Positions 12,107 through 25,239 are shown, numbered from the stretch's first letter. The stretch is DNA of 64,000 nt from Octopus vulgaris (GCA_951406725.2 OX597825.1:5952001-6016000); one strand, 5' to 3'. Program-made: numbers and translations. Notes: a model not told the origin generated them from the letters alone.

Positions 12107-12500
12107 TCTCTTTTACTCTTTTACTTATTTCAGTCATTTGACTGTGGCCATGCTGGAGCACCGCCTTTAGTCGAGCAAATCGACCCCAGGAATTATTATT
12201 TTGTAAGTCTAGTACTTATTCTATCGGTCTCTTTTACCGAACCGCTAAGTTACGGCGGCGTAAACACACAAGCGTCGGTTGTCAAGCAATGTTGGGGGCA
12301 CAAACACAGACACACAAACATATACACACACATATATACATATATACGACGGGCTTCTTTCAGTTTCCGTCTACCAAATCCACTCACAAGGCTTTGGTCG
12401 ACCTGAGGCTTTAGTAGAAGACACTTTCCACGCAGTGGGTCTGAACCCGGAACCATATGGTTGGTAAACAAGCTACTTACCACACATCCACTCCTACGCC
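12107..12500 (-). mobile_element. SINE family A, full length
   Basis: Reverse-complement match to 6905-7312. Confidence 0.85.
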
Positions 12501-13471
12501 TTATAATCAAAGACGTTCCACCGTGACCATCCAATCTCTTAGTATATTATCTAGAGCGACAATAATATTTCCTTTTTCTCTTTTAGAGGGTATGGGTTTA
12601 TATGAGGCGAATTTGTTTAGTAATTTTTAGCAAATCGAGCGATTATAATGAGGTTCTCTTTTCGGTTCGTACCCAGCGGGTGCATACCACAATAAAACTA
12701 TGTCCTCAATAATTTATATTCAATTATACCGGCTGCTTCTAATATCTATACATGTAACTGTACCCGTAATTATGTCAAATACATATCGTATTGTATTTCC
12801 GTTTATCTTTTCTTATGTGTCCTTGCGACGAACGAAGTACAAAACAAACTCGCTAATGATTATGAAACGTTTACTTACGCTAATGCGCCACGAGTGCATG
12901 TATGTGTATGTGTGCACATGTAAACGGTTCTTATACGTTCAAAAGCGCGGGGGGACACACACATACACACACACACAAACAAACAAGTAAACAAACAAGC
13001 GCGTACGAATGCACAAACACAAACACAAACACAAACACAAACACACACCAGTGTTGGATCTTCCATATCTGTTTCTCGTGTTTTGCGCATATTTTAAATG
13101 TATTGTTTTCGCTTGCAAATTGTTTACACAAGTACGTATGTGTATGCACGCGCACGAGAGAGACAGACAGACATACAGACAGAGATAGAAAATGTCTATC
13201 TGTATGTGTATATGTTTATGCGTCGTGTACGTGTGTGCGCCTATTTGTATGTATATATGTATGTATGCATATATGTATGTATGTGAGTACATATGTATGT
13301 ATATATATGTATGCATGTGTGTGTATGTATGTATGTAATTATGTATGTATGTATGTGAGTATATATGTATGTATATATGTATGTATGTAATTATGTATGT
13401 ACGTATGTAATTATGAATGTATATATGTATGTATGTGATTATATATGTACGTATATATGTATGTCTGTACG

Positions 13472-13510
<39 letters not shown>

Positions 13511-13514
13511 ATAT

Positions 13515-13669
13515 ATGTGGCTGTGTGGTAAGTAGCTTGCTAACCAACCACATTGTTCTGGGTTCAGTCCCACTGCATGGCATCTTGGGTAAGTGTCTTC
13601 TACTATAGCCTCGGGCCGACCAGAGCTTTGTGAGTGGATTTGGTAGACGGAAATTAAAAGAAGCCCGTC

Positions 13670-13672
<3 letters not shown>
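13515..13672 (+). mobile_element. SINE family A, 5' half
   Basis: GTGGCTGTGTGGTAAGTAGCTTGC...GAAGCCCGTCG runs directly into (TA)n. Confidence 0.85.
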
Positions 13673-13737
<65 letters not shown>

Positions 13738-13743
13738 ATATTA

Positions 13744-13805
<62 letters not shown>

Positions 13806-13996
13806 TATGTGAATATATATATGTATATACATGCGCGCAGGTGTGCGTGCGCATGCGTGGTTAGTCTGCAGTAATATAGAATCGCTTCCACTTACCAAAT
13901 GTGTAAGTGTTATCTTTCTGTCATTGCATTCTTTCAAATCACATCGTCTGTTTCGACAGACATAATCTGAACATGCTGGAACCCGCATCCAGTTCT

Positions 13997-14220
13997 CATC
14001 ATCCCCACCTCTACCACCACCACCACCACCACCACCACCGCCACCACCACCAGCATCTCCACCACCGCCACCACCACCACCACCACCACCACCACCGCCG
14101 CCACCACCACCAGCATCTCCACCACCGCCGCCACCGCCACGTATTTTGAAATATCGCTAACGTAATCCAATCATAATAGTTGACAAATTATTGACAAAGT
14201 AGTGAGACGACAATAATCAC

Positions 14221-14258
<38 letters not shown>

Positions 14259-14700
14259 GGAGGAGGAGGACGATCACGACGACGACAATGACGATGATGC
14301 TGATAATAATAAGAAGGAAGAGGAGGAGGACGAAGACGATGAGGATTATGATGATGCTAATGATGATCAGGAGGAAGAGAAAGGAACGAAGGAAGAAGAG
14401 AAGGAAGAGGAGGAAGAAGAAGGGGGAGGAAGGGGAGGGGGTAGAAGGGGCAAAGGAAGAGAAGGAGGAAAAGGAGGATGTAGAAGGGGATGAGGAAGAG
14501 AAGGAAGTAGAGGAGGAGGAAGTATAAGAGGAAGAGAAAGGAGGCGGAAGAAGAAGGGGGAAAGAGAAGGGGAGGAAGAGGAGGAAGTAGAAGAAGAGGA
14601 GGAAGTAGAAGAGGAGGAGGTATAAGAGGAAGAGAAAGAAGAGGAGGAAAAAGAAGAGGATGAAGAAGAAGAGAAGGAGGTGGAGGAGAAGAGTAGGGGG
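13997..14700. repeat. Trinucleotide low-complexity block: (CAC)n with a 60-bp tandem duplication, (GAT)n, then GAR purine tract
   Basis: Directly visible. Confidence 0.9.
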
Positions 14701-14919
14701 TTGGATAACCACCGCTACCACAACCACCAAAAGGATTGTTGGGATTTCGATGGTGTGATTTCTATAATTTTGATGCTTTGGCAATTTAAAAGATTCTTAA
14801 TGCAAATAATATAGCATGAATGGCAATAATGTCTGCCAATCACGAAGAATTAATGGACATGATGTGGCACCCTATCAAGATCCGTCTTTGGGTATCCGTG
14901 TCAACTATGAACTAACTGT

Positions 14920-15640
14920 TCGGGGAAGTGTCCCTCTCAGTCATGGAGCAACATGGATGTGTCTCTGTTAATGACAAAGAACTAGGGGTGTATTGTTGTC
15001 CACCATGGACAACAAGATGGTGAAGAAATCCTGCCAACGGCGAACAACCAGGGGTGTCCCTGTCAGCCACAAACGGTGAAGGGCTTTTCTTGTGAACGAC
15101 AAGAAACTAGTGGTATCTCTGTCAAACCACAAAAAAAAAACCAGAACTGTCCCTGTCACCTATGAAAATTTAGGGGTCCTTCTCAGTAAGGAACATTTAA
15201 GGGAGTCCTTGTTAACCACAAACAACTAGTGGTACCGTGTCAACTACAAAAAAAATACTAGGGTACATCTTTGTCAACAACGAACAACTAGGGGTGCTCC
15301 TGTCAACCACAGAGTGTACCTTTGCCATCAAAGAACAACGAGGGCTGACCCTATCGGCCACAACCAACTAGAGGCTGTTTTTGTCAATGACGAACAAGGG
15401 GTCTCAATGTCAACCACAAGCAAATATGGAATTTCGCTGTCAAACAGGGACAATTAGGAAGCACTCAGGTGTCCATGATAATCACTAAAAAATGAAATTG
15501 TCCCTGACAACAACGAACATGTTGCGTGGTATCCACGAATAACCGAGAATAATCCTGGCACTCCCGAACAAATTATGGATCACCCTGACAGTAACGAACA
15601 ACTAATTATATGTCTCTGGTTCCCTATGATCAACTATGAA
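14920..15640. repeat. Degenerate minisatellite, about 30-bp unit (GGGGTGTCCCTGTCAACCACAAACAACTAG-like)
   Basis: AACTAG(G/T)GG...TGTCAA motifs recur at about 30-bp spacing. Confidence 0.75.
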
Positions 15641-15719
15641 TGCTCTTCTCAAGGCTGGGCAGAAAATAACGGTAAATACCGAAATGGAATAGATAGAGAT
15701 TATCCGTGTAGCTCAAGAT

Positions 15720-15851
15720 TAACAAATCGATCTCAGGACTTATTATCTGCAAGTCCAGTACTTATTCCATCGGTCTCGCTTTACCGAACCGCTAAGTGAC
15801 GGGGACGCAAACACACCAACATCGGTTGTCAAGCGATAGTGGGATGGACAA

Positions 15852-15936
<85 letters not shown>

Positions 15937-16105
15937 CATATATACGACGAGCTTCTTTCAGTTTCCGTCTACCAAATCCCTTCACAAGGCTTTGGTCGGC
16001 CAGAGGCTATAGTAGAAGACACTTGCCCAAGGTGCCACACAGTGGGACTGAAGCCGAAATCATGTGGTTGGTAAGCAAACGTCTTACCACGCAACCACTC
16101 CTGCA
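15720..16105 (-). mobile_element. SINE family A
   Basis: Head and body match the family, with an internal (CA)n(TA)n tract. Confidence 0.85.
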
Positions 16106-16925
16106 TCTAAAGTTATTATAATATTATCATTTATCAATTCATTTATTCATATGTCCATGTATTAATTCGTACTCATTCTTAGACCTCCCACGTTTTCTTA
16201 CACTGCAAAAATATGGAAGCTGACAAAAGACTTTGCAAGAAGCTAAGAACAGTTCGAATAGGGACGAATAGGATGGAGTTGGAGGGGGGGGGGGGAATTA
16301 TTGAATGAGCAACCAAAAGTGAAAACGATAGAATGAAAGTGTGAAAACTTTACCTAGCAGTAGGAAAGTAACGGTTGATTTGATAGGCTGATCATCGATT
16401 TAATTGGTGACCTGTGACGGGTGTGGAAGAAATGGCGTCCTAAGAATTCTTGGGGCGGGATACCGAAGTGGGGCTGAAAAAGTAGGGATCCAAGCGAGAA
16501 AGAGCACAAAATACAGTCCGGAGTCGAGAACAGTGAAGAAATGTCGTCGATGGCCATTGCTTCAGAGGGAGCATTGGCCCCTGATTAGTATTTTTTTAAT
16601 CAATCCTGGAAGGGTGAAAGGAAAGGCTGACTTTGATGTGATTCGAACTCGGAACGTAAAGGGAGGTTATTCAACATTGGAATGCATTTAATCCGTTGTT
16701 CCTGCTATTTATCGCTCTTTAGTCACCCATAACCGTATATTAGAAACAAAATTACACTGAATGGGATCGCAGTTAGACCAATCAACGAGGGATCCTTTTG
16801 GTGATAGCTTAACCTGCTTGAAATAGAAGCCAAATCTCCGAGATTCTTTAAGAAAAAAAAGGACATGTCGACTAATTTAATCCTACCTACGTTATTTCTA
16901 AAAACAAAATGAAAAAAGTGGATAT

Positions 16926-17120
16926 TATTTCTTTATTGCCCACATGGGACTAAACATAGAGGGGACAAACAAGGACAGACAAACGGATTAACTCGATTAC
17001 ATCGACCCCAGTGCGTAACTGGTACTTAATTTATCGACCCCGAAAGGATGAAAGGCAAAGTCGACCTCGGCGGAATTTGAACTCAGAACGTAACGGCAGA
17101 CGAAATACCGCTAAGTATTT
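16926..17120 (-). mobile_element. SINE family B
   Basis: Near-identical to 51076-51270. Confidence 0.85.
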
Positions 17121-17489
17121 CGTCTGCTCGTCGCCTTTAAAGAAAAAAGTGGATAGCCACTGATATAATGAATTTGATTATAGGCTAATCTGAGGATAAG
17201 CATTAACAACAACAATATAAGCGGTCGTGAAATAATCAACACTGAGTACATGGCATCATTCCATGACATATAAATAAATACAGTGGCAACGATCCAAGAG
17301 AAATAGACGTATATAGTACAGTGGCAACATTCCATCAAATATCGACATTAATATATAAATAGTAAGGTGGCAGCAATCCATCAAGCATAGACATGTATAA
17401 ATATAATCAAGCAGAAAATTGTGATCAAAAATTTAATTAAAACTTGAAGAGATATCGTTTTTATTTATATTTACTTAGGAGAGAATAGA

Positions 17490-18310
17490 AATGGACTGCA
17501 GGCGGATCACATGCAGACCTGAAACTGAACGGAAACGGATGGCAAGAGGACTGCATACGGACTAAAAAAATGGACTGCTGACGAACACGGAAGCGGAGCA
17601 CAGGCAGACCACAGGTGGACTACAGGCAGACCACAGGCGGACCACAAGTAGACCACAGGTGGACTACAGGCTTACCACAGGCGGATCACAGGCAGACCTC
17701 AAACTGAACAGAAACGGATAGCAAGAGGACTACATAGAGACTAAAAAATGGACTACTGACGAACAACGGATACGGACCACAGGCTTACTACAGGTGGACC
17801 ACAGGTAGGCCGCAGGCGGACTACATGCAGACTAAAATCAATCTTGAGATGAACAACTGATGAACCAGAAACGGACTACAGATAGACATCAGGGTTGCTA
17901 CAGACCGAAAATAAACAAACCACAGACGGGCAACAGATGGACCACAGACGAGTAACAGGCACGACACAGATGAACAACAGACGAACTGAAGCAGTATACA
18001 GATGGACTACAAATAAACAAAAGTCAACTAAGAGACGGGCAACAAACAGACCACAGACGAATAGCAGATGCAGTAAGGGTAAATTATAGGTTGAATGCAA
18101 ATGGAGTACAGACGAATGACAGTATGGCAACAGGCGGATTACAAGTGGATTACAGATTAACTGCAAACGGAATGCTGGCAGACGATGAACTGACAACATT
18201 TGAAACATACAAGGACCACAGATTGAGTAGATAGGCTGCAGAGAGATGACAACCAAATGACAGAGAAACTATACACGGAGAAACAGATTACAAACGAAAT
18301 ACAAGCGGAA
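17490..18310. repeat. Degenerate 11-bp minisatellite (GACCACAGGCG-like) with an internal about 90-bp direct duplication
   Basis: Units such as ACCACAGGTGG and ACTACAGGCAG. 17501-17590 closely matches 17681-17770. Confidence 0.8.
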
Positions 18311-19194
18311 TAAAACATTAATAATACGAAATAATGATGTTTTAGAAGTAATGGCAAGATAAAAAATTGGCATAGATGTGATGAGGTAGACAAAACTTAA
18401 TTTACTTCAGAAATCTTGGTAAGAATTGAAGCTGAAATCAATAAAAAAAAACGAAAACAAACAACAATTATTTTGTCTGAAATTGAGAAACACAACATGG
18501 CGTCAAATGGAGAAAGAAAAATACAACAATAAGATAAATATATATTAATAATATAGATTTCAAACACTCGCACGAGGCCAGAATTTATAGTGGCGCGCAA
18601 TCAGACGGTAAAATCTACGCCATTACTTTAATGGGACTTTATTTTTATTGGCTCCGAAGTGAGCCACTGGGATTTGACGTCTAAGCCCATGCCGAAGCAT
18701 AACCAAGGCCATGGTGGAGAAAAGAAACTAAAAAAATGTCTAAGACGGTACTATGGCTACACAAATAAATGCCATAGTCTCCATCCGAAAATAACCTCCC
18801 TATTCATAGGCATTATACGCTCTGCCTTACTCGCACTCCAGCGTCTTACACACCGCACCCCTAATCTCTTACCGGCTCCGCCTTTACAGCACACCAACTT
18901 CTTAACCGCTTTCCTTATCACTCCAGCCTCTTGCCCGTCTGCTTTTCCTGCACTCTAGTGTTCTGCCTGCACTCCAATCTCCTGCCCGTTCTGCCTTGCC
19001 CGCACTCCAACCTCTCGCGATTCTTGGCAGAAACGCAAAAATTCTTTTTTGATTTCCTTTCCCAGCGATAATAAGAAGCGGGAATTGAATTCAAAATGCA
19101 CAGGTCACAGGAATAAGCATTTATATGCTTCGTTTTCTATTTATCCTTCGAGAAATGTGTGTGTACGTGCGTGCGTGTGCGCGCGTGTGTGTGT

Positions 19195-19385
19195 GAAGGT
19201 GCATGGGTCACTGGTTAGAGAGTCAGGCTTACAATAGTGATCCCGGGCAGGGCTGTGTGTTGTGTTCTTGAGCAAGACACTTTATTTCACATTGCTCCAG
19301 TTCACTTAACTGTAGAAATAAGTTGCGATGTCACTTGTGCCAAGCTGTTTTACACCATTTTATTCCTTTGGAATAATACCAGTGA
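19195..19385 (+). mobile_element. SINE family D, partial
   Basis: Contains the TGTGTTCTTGAGCAAGACACTTTATTTCAC..TGCTCCAGTTCAC core shared with 34612 and 59081. Confidence 0.75.
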
Positions 19386-19612
19386 TATCTTTGAAACATG
19401 TGTCGGAAGTAAAAGAATTTGAATAACACCTGCTTCTAACTCCATTTATTTATTTATATGAGTTATACAAAAAATTTCACATAAACTCAGAGTTTCTACC
19501 TTTAAAAACAAGGAGTTGCACCCTTTTTACTTGTGTGATTTTTTACTACTATGGTAACTATTTATCTATTTTTCCGTGTTGTTAACAAGGGGAAAATACA
19601 CACATCTATTTA

Positions 19613-19689
<77 letters not shown>

Positions 19690-19691
<2 letters not shown>

Positions 19692-19995
19692 GGTAAAGAC
19701 GCCCTCCTGTCATGACCATTACACGGGCAAGGTTGTTTTATCGAATATCAGCAGTCGACCATGCATACCACCCTCCTCTCTCTCTATGTCACCAATGTTA
19801 TCCGATACAAAAACAAAGACATATATAGCTTGGCACCAGTGACATCGCAACTCATTTCTCCAGCTGAGTAGAACTGGAGCAACGTGAAATAAAGTGTCTT
19901 GCTCAAGAACACAACACACAGCCTGCTCCAGGAATCAACTTACTACCTCATGATTGTGACCGCAACGCCCTAACCACTGAACCAAGCATCTTCAT
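19690..19995 (-). mobile_element. SINE family D with ...GTCTTTACCC tail
   Basis: Matches 59081-59421. Confidence 0.8.
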
Positions 19996-20036
19996 ACATA
20001 CATATATACACGTCGCGCGCATGCCTATATATATAT

Positions 20037-20385
20037 ATGCGTTCCAACGAATTTTTCCACCGTCTAGGCTTTAAAAAAAGAAGCCCTTATTGTTGGTTTC
20101 CTTGTCCTGTTTTTATTCTTTATGTGTTCTGTTTTTTTCTTCATTTTTATTGCTTTTACGTCCTGTTCTTGTTACTTTTTTTACCCCTCTGCAAAACAAT
20201 TTTATTTAATTCATTTTGCAGGAAGGATTGCTTCGGCCGGATCGTGTTCTGCCCTTACCTTCGAAACACGCATTGAGTCGAAACAGGGGCAGCTGATGAA
20301 GGGGAATATTCCTTGTATTGTTTGTCTTGTACTCTGTTTTTTCGTTGTTAAAAAAAGTCCGTTATTTGTGGTGTCCTGTACTCAT
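20037..20385 (+). mobile_element. (TA)n-flanked short element carrying a non-circularly permuted hammerhead
   Basis: Shares the ACCC(C)TCTGC.AAA...TTT.GCAGGAAGG hairpin, the ribozyme motif and the GTGTCCTGTACTCAT terminus with 52327-52650 (-). Confidence 0.7.
20243..20304 (+). ncRNA. Candidate non-circularly permuted hammerhead ribozyme (site-GAAA-CUGA order)
   Basis: CGTGT-T-CTGCCCTT-ac-CTTC-GAAA-CACG-cattgagtcgaaac-AGGGGCAG-CTGATGA-A-GGGG. Stem III is CGTGT/ACACG, stem I is CTGCCCTT/AGGGGCAG (8 bp) and stem II is GGGG/CTTC. Confidence 0.72.
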
Positions 20386-20469
20386 ATATATATATATGCA
20401 TGTATATATACATATAGATGTAGGTATGTACATATATGTATGTATGCATATGTTTTATTTATTAAATTG

Positions 20470-20512
<43 letters not shown>

Positions 20513-21043
20513 CCAGTTGGTAGTGTTAATACTTATTTGAACGTTTTAGTGTTATATCCGAATTCTCGTCTTTGTAAATTGTTTATCACATGACAGCCCC
20601 AGACGCTGACGGAGAGGTGGGGAATCGGAAGAGTTGTCTGCGCATCGGACGAAATTCGTCGTGGTTAATAATTGCTTTTTCTCTTTTCTTTCTTTTTCTT
20701 TGTTTGGCGTTCAAACATCGTCGAAATAAACATTTTCTTTGCTTCCATCCGGGATCGATAAATAGTATAATAGACCAGTTTTGTACAGTAGACTGGCAGA
20801 CTTGTTAAGAATGCCGGATGGAATGTCTTTTGGTATTTGTTTTTAGTTCTTTGCATTCTGAGTTCAGACCCCAACGAGGTTAGCTTTGCCTTTCTTCCTT
20901 CCCGGGCCGGTAAATAAAGTGTAATGGATTGGCAGAATCGTTAGAAGGTCGGACGGAATATCCTTTGGTGCTTGCTTTTAGTTCTTTGTGTTTTGAGTTC
21001 AAATCCTAATGTTGCCTACATGACCTCAAGTTCAACCTTTAAG

Positions 21044-21081
<38 letters not shown>

Positions 21082-21224
21082 TGTGTGCGATGTCATCCCA
21101 TAAGTATTTTAGAATGTCTAATGGAATTAAAAATTATTTTATGCATTTCTGAACATTTAAATTAATTAAATATTATTTTACAGAATAATAGAATTAAAAT
21201 TTCTTTGATTAAAACCCTTTCTAA

Positions 21225-21272
21225 CATGCACGTAAGCACACCAGCATAGGTTGTCAAACGATGTTGGGGAAA

Positions 21273-21348
<76 letters not shown>

Positions 21349-21500
21349 ACGGGCTTCTTTCAGTTTCCGTCTACCAAATCCATTCACAAGGCTTTGGTCG
21401 GCCCGAAGCTATAGTAGAAGACACTTGCCCAAAGTACCACGCAGTGGGACTGAACCTGGAACCATGTGGTTCGTAAGCAAGCAACTTACCACACACCCAC
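21225..21500 (-). mobile_element. SINE family A
   Basis: Family match with an internal microsatellite. Confidence 0.85.
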
Positions 21501-23084
21501 ATTTTCTTATGATTAAACATTGTATTTTTTTTAAATTATTAAAATATTGAGTGTATTGTAGAAGTATGACCAAATTATAGCTCTTAAATTTTAACAACAA
21601 AATCTTATATGGATCTTCAAGGACCCTGTGAACCCCTAACGACCCTATGGACCCCGGTTGAGACCCATTGATCGGCACAGATCATTTGTTTACACAAATG
21701 TTAGTGTTCTACATGAGCTCACTCCATCTCTCAAATCGACATTGCTTATACAGGTTCATGGTGTGCCACTCGTCAGATGCCCAAGTGGTCGTAAGAGCAA
21801 AGGAAAATGAAGTTTTTTTTTGGGGGGGGGTTTCGCTGAAGGACACAATGCATCGCCCGGTCCGGGTATCGAAACCACGATAACCCTATCAAGCCTTCTT
21901 GGATTAGGCAGGAGGGCGGTTCTTCGCTCAACGCACTGAATACTCTGCGGGACGGAAAACAAATCCGATCAAAGCAGCGATTAATCCAACAGAGTCAACG
22001 GTCAACCTAATGTTGGCAATAAGAGATATCGTAGTCCTTTGTTTAAGCCATCTCTCTAAGAGAACGAAATTCCGAAATAGCATCTTCCTCATTGTGAAGC
22101 TGGCGATCTTTTTCTTGCTTGTTTTTAAGGGGAGACTCTTAGCAGTGTTGTGCAACCTGTTACTGACTTTCAGTTTCCACACGGGTCTTGCTGACAGACA
22201 TTCACTTTAACATTTAGGATAAGATCATTTGTCAGCGATGGTCGTAGGCGTCTACGAATTGACAGCCACCACACATGTACGCATGTATGTTTGTATGCTC
22301 CAAGTGAAAGACTACAGTGTTGCATTGCACAGAGGAAGCTAAAATTTTGCAGAGAGGGACATCTTATCAAGAGGTCAGCCACAAGGAGTGTGAGATTTCT
22401 GATGCATTTGTTTGTTTTTGGGGGGTTTTTTTTGGTTTTTAAATGGTGGCGAATTGCATAGGTGCAGCAAATCTCAGTGAATCACTATTTCTGAAACAAC
22501 GGAAAACCTTAAGTGTCATTTGAAAGCAATTTATCAAAAATACGGAGAACTCATGTGACTATATATATATTTCTGGAATTAATAAATCCGGACAAAGACG
22601 TATGCTGCTGCTGCTGCTGCTGCTACTGCTGGTTCTTGACTAAAGCAAGGTTGTCGTGACAATCGAAATGAATTGCATCCGGAATGGAATTTTCCGATAG
22701 AACTTCTCTTGCAGTATTATTAATCATCCTGGATTATTACTGCATTAAACTCAAGGGAAATGGCTATGTGATCGATGAGTCCGAGCTACATAATCTGTTC
22801 TACTTAAATAAATTATATTCGGCGTCTGCTGAAAGAACCAGGTCTGCCCAACATTGCAAAAAAAAAAACGAACAAAAACTCAACATATATCATTATGTGT
22901 TCAGTTATTATATTATTTTATTATTTTCGTTATCATATGATAAGACGGACATTTTCTAGGTGAATGGAACTAGACAGATATGGACCAGGATGTGGCATGG
23001 CATGACATGACATGACGTTTGGATAAAGGTTATTCATTTTGGGTGAAGGGTAGCAAAATGCTATCAGGAAGAATATTGAGATAC

Positions 23085-23257
23085 GGGCAGATATGGCTGT
23101 ATGGTTAAGAGGCTGGCTCGCTTTGCGATCACATGGTTTCGGGTTCATTCCCACCGCGCGGAAACTTGGGCATGCGTCTTATATGATGAGGCTTGAGCTG
23201 ACTAACGCTTTGTGAGTGAATTTGGCAAACGGAAACGTTTCGGAATCCCGTCTTATA

Positions 23258-23339
<82 letters not shown>

Positions 23340-23421
23340 ACATACATATATATACATACATACATACACACACATATATATATATATACATATATACATA
23401 TATATATATACATATATATAT

Positions 23422-23468
<47 letters not shown>

Positions 23469-23700
23469 TATATTTATGTTTGTATCTTTGTGTTTGCTCC
23501 CTTCCCGCCAATGCTTGGTAATCGTTATGGGTTTGTCCACGTCCCGTAGATGAGCGGTTCGGCAAAAGAAACCGATAAAATAAATACTAGGCTTCGAAAA
23601 CAAAATGCGCTGGGGGTTGATTTATTTAACCAAAACACTTCAAGGCGGTGCCCCAGCACGGCCGTAGTTCAATGGCTAAAACAAGTGAAAGAGAATATAT
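23085..23700 (+). mobile_element. Diverged SINE family A copy with expanded internal microsatellite
   Basis: Head 23085-23250, microsatellite 23258-23465, tail 23470-23700. Confidence 0.75.
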
Positions 23701-23842
23701 ATGAGATGTTCATGGCTTGTCCGTGACTATTCGTGATAGACGTGAAGAGACGAGGCGACTTCGAAAGGAACTGAGATCGAAACCGACACACCGATACAGC
23801 TAACTGGGATCTTAACGTTGTCCTGCGATTCACACACTAACA

Positions 23843-24022
23843 CAGTGGCGTAGCTAGAGTCTGTGCCTCCCGAAGTAGCCCTTGAGTTTGTTTACCACCA
23901 AACATATTGGGGTCCCCCACAAAAAGGACAACCTATTGCAACGCAAAACCGTAAACGCCGCTCCCATAGAAGCGTCGCCCGGATCGAACTGACCTCCTTG
24001 TCGCCCCCTAACTACGATACTG
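23843..24022. mobile_element. hAT-type MITE, 180 bp
   Basis: Imperfect TIRs CAGTGGCGTAGCTA / TAACTACGATACTG. Exact 8-bp TSD CACTAACA at 23835-23842 and 24023-24030. Confidence 0.85.
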
Positions 24023-24035
24023 CACTAACATCCAC

Positions 24036-24095
<60 letters not shown>

Positions 24096-24902
24096 GTACG
24101 CACACTTTATCATACAACTCACATTGTTTTCTGTTAATCTTCCTGCGAATGGTTCTACCCTTCGGCGTTGTGTTTAAGATTCGAACTCATACAGAGGCTT
24201 TCATTCCGCTCTCCGACGAGGAATGATGATAGCTCAGTTAAGCAATATTCCTCTACTGTTCTACCTTATTTGCGCCTCTGTTATTGCGCATTGGAACCAC
24301 ACTTTCTATCGTTATTGCTGCGACAATTCTTTAGAAAATAAACGTCTACTCGTGTGGTTGTTTAAGATCGGTGCTACTGTTCGTTGCTTACTGTCCAGAG
24401 AAGTAGTTTGAGTGCTTGCCCTTCTCTGAACAGCATTTGAGTTTGTCACACCATAAGGCCCTCAACAGCATATACAGGCTTACACAGCAGACTCGAAATT
24501 GACGCCGCCATGAAAACGTCACCCGAGGTAGACCGTTTCCCGCTCCCTACGCAACTGTTACCGACTTGCAGGAAACAACTTCTAATGATGAGAAATTAGA
24601 AAAACCAAATATAAAAGGTATTCTTTTGCATGCATTCGGACAAGGTCAGACTTGATAAGATTTTCTTGCTTGTACCGGTTACCGTAGCCTTTTAAAAAAA
24701 CTCATAGCCGTTGCTTTTGTTCTTCTGACAAAGGCAGTAAAAATAAACAAAAAATATACACCCAAACATTCAGAAATTTGGCCAATCAGAAAAAATACAT
24801 ACAAGCACACATATCATTCATATATGTATACACACACACATCGCTTGAACGAGGGAAACACTAATATAGCCCATGACACTGTGTCACTATATATACGTGT
24901 AT

Positions 24903-24943
<41 letters not shown>

Positions 24944-25239
24944 CTCACACAGACACTCACACACACACACACATATGTGCATTTATATACATGTATATAT
25001 ATATATATGTATATGTGTATGTATTTATGTATGTATGTATATATATATATATGTATATACATATATATACATTTATATATACATATATATATATACACAT
25101 ACAAATATATATATACACATATATGTGCGTGTAGACACCAACATAGACCTACACTCTCCTACATACACATTGTGTTGCATGTATGTATGTATACATATAT
25201 ACATACACACATACACACATACACACTTATATACTTGCA

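Noticed and set aside
14920-15640. CRISPR-like array
   Set aside because: Eukaryotic context, degenerate tandem units with no unique spacers, and no cas genes.
21737-21781. Minus-strand GGCAT-CTGACGA-GTGG..CCAT-GAAC...ATGTC hammerhead-like motif
   Set aside because: It lacks GAAA and NUH (two core mismatches) and lies inside a diverged SINE body. Likely chance.
21900-22400. Unique-sequence ORFs of 66-84 aa (also 45924-46178 and 46962-47288)
   Set aside because: No recognisable motif, and the lengths are expected by chance.
24502-24625. GCCGCCATG Kozak-like start with nearby GT donors
   Set aside because: The ORF is short with no homology I recognise, which is insufficient for an exon call.
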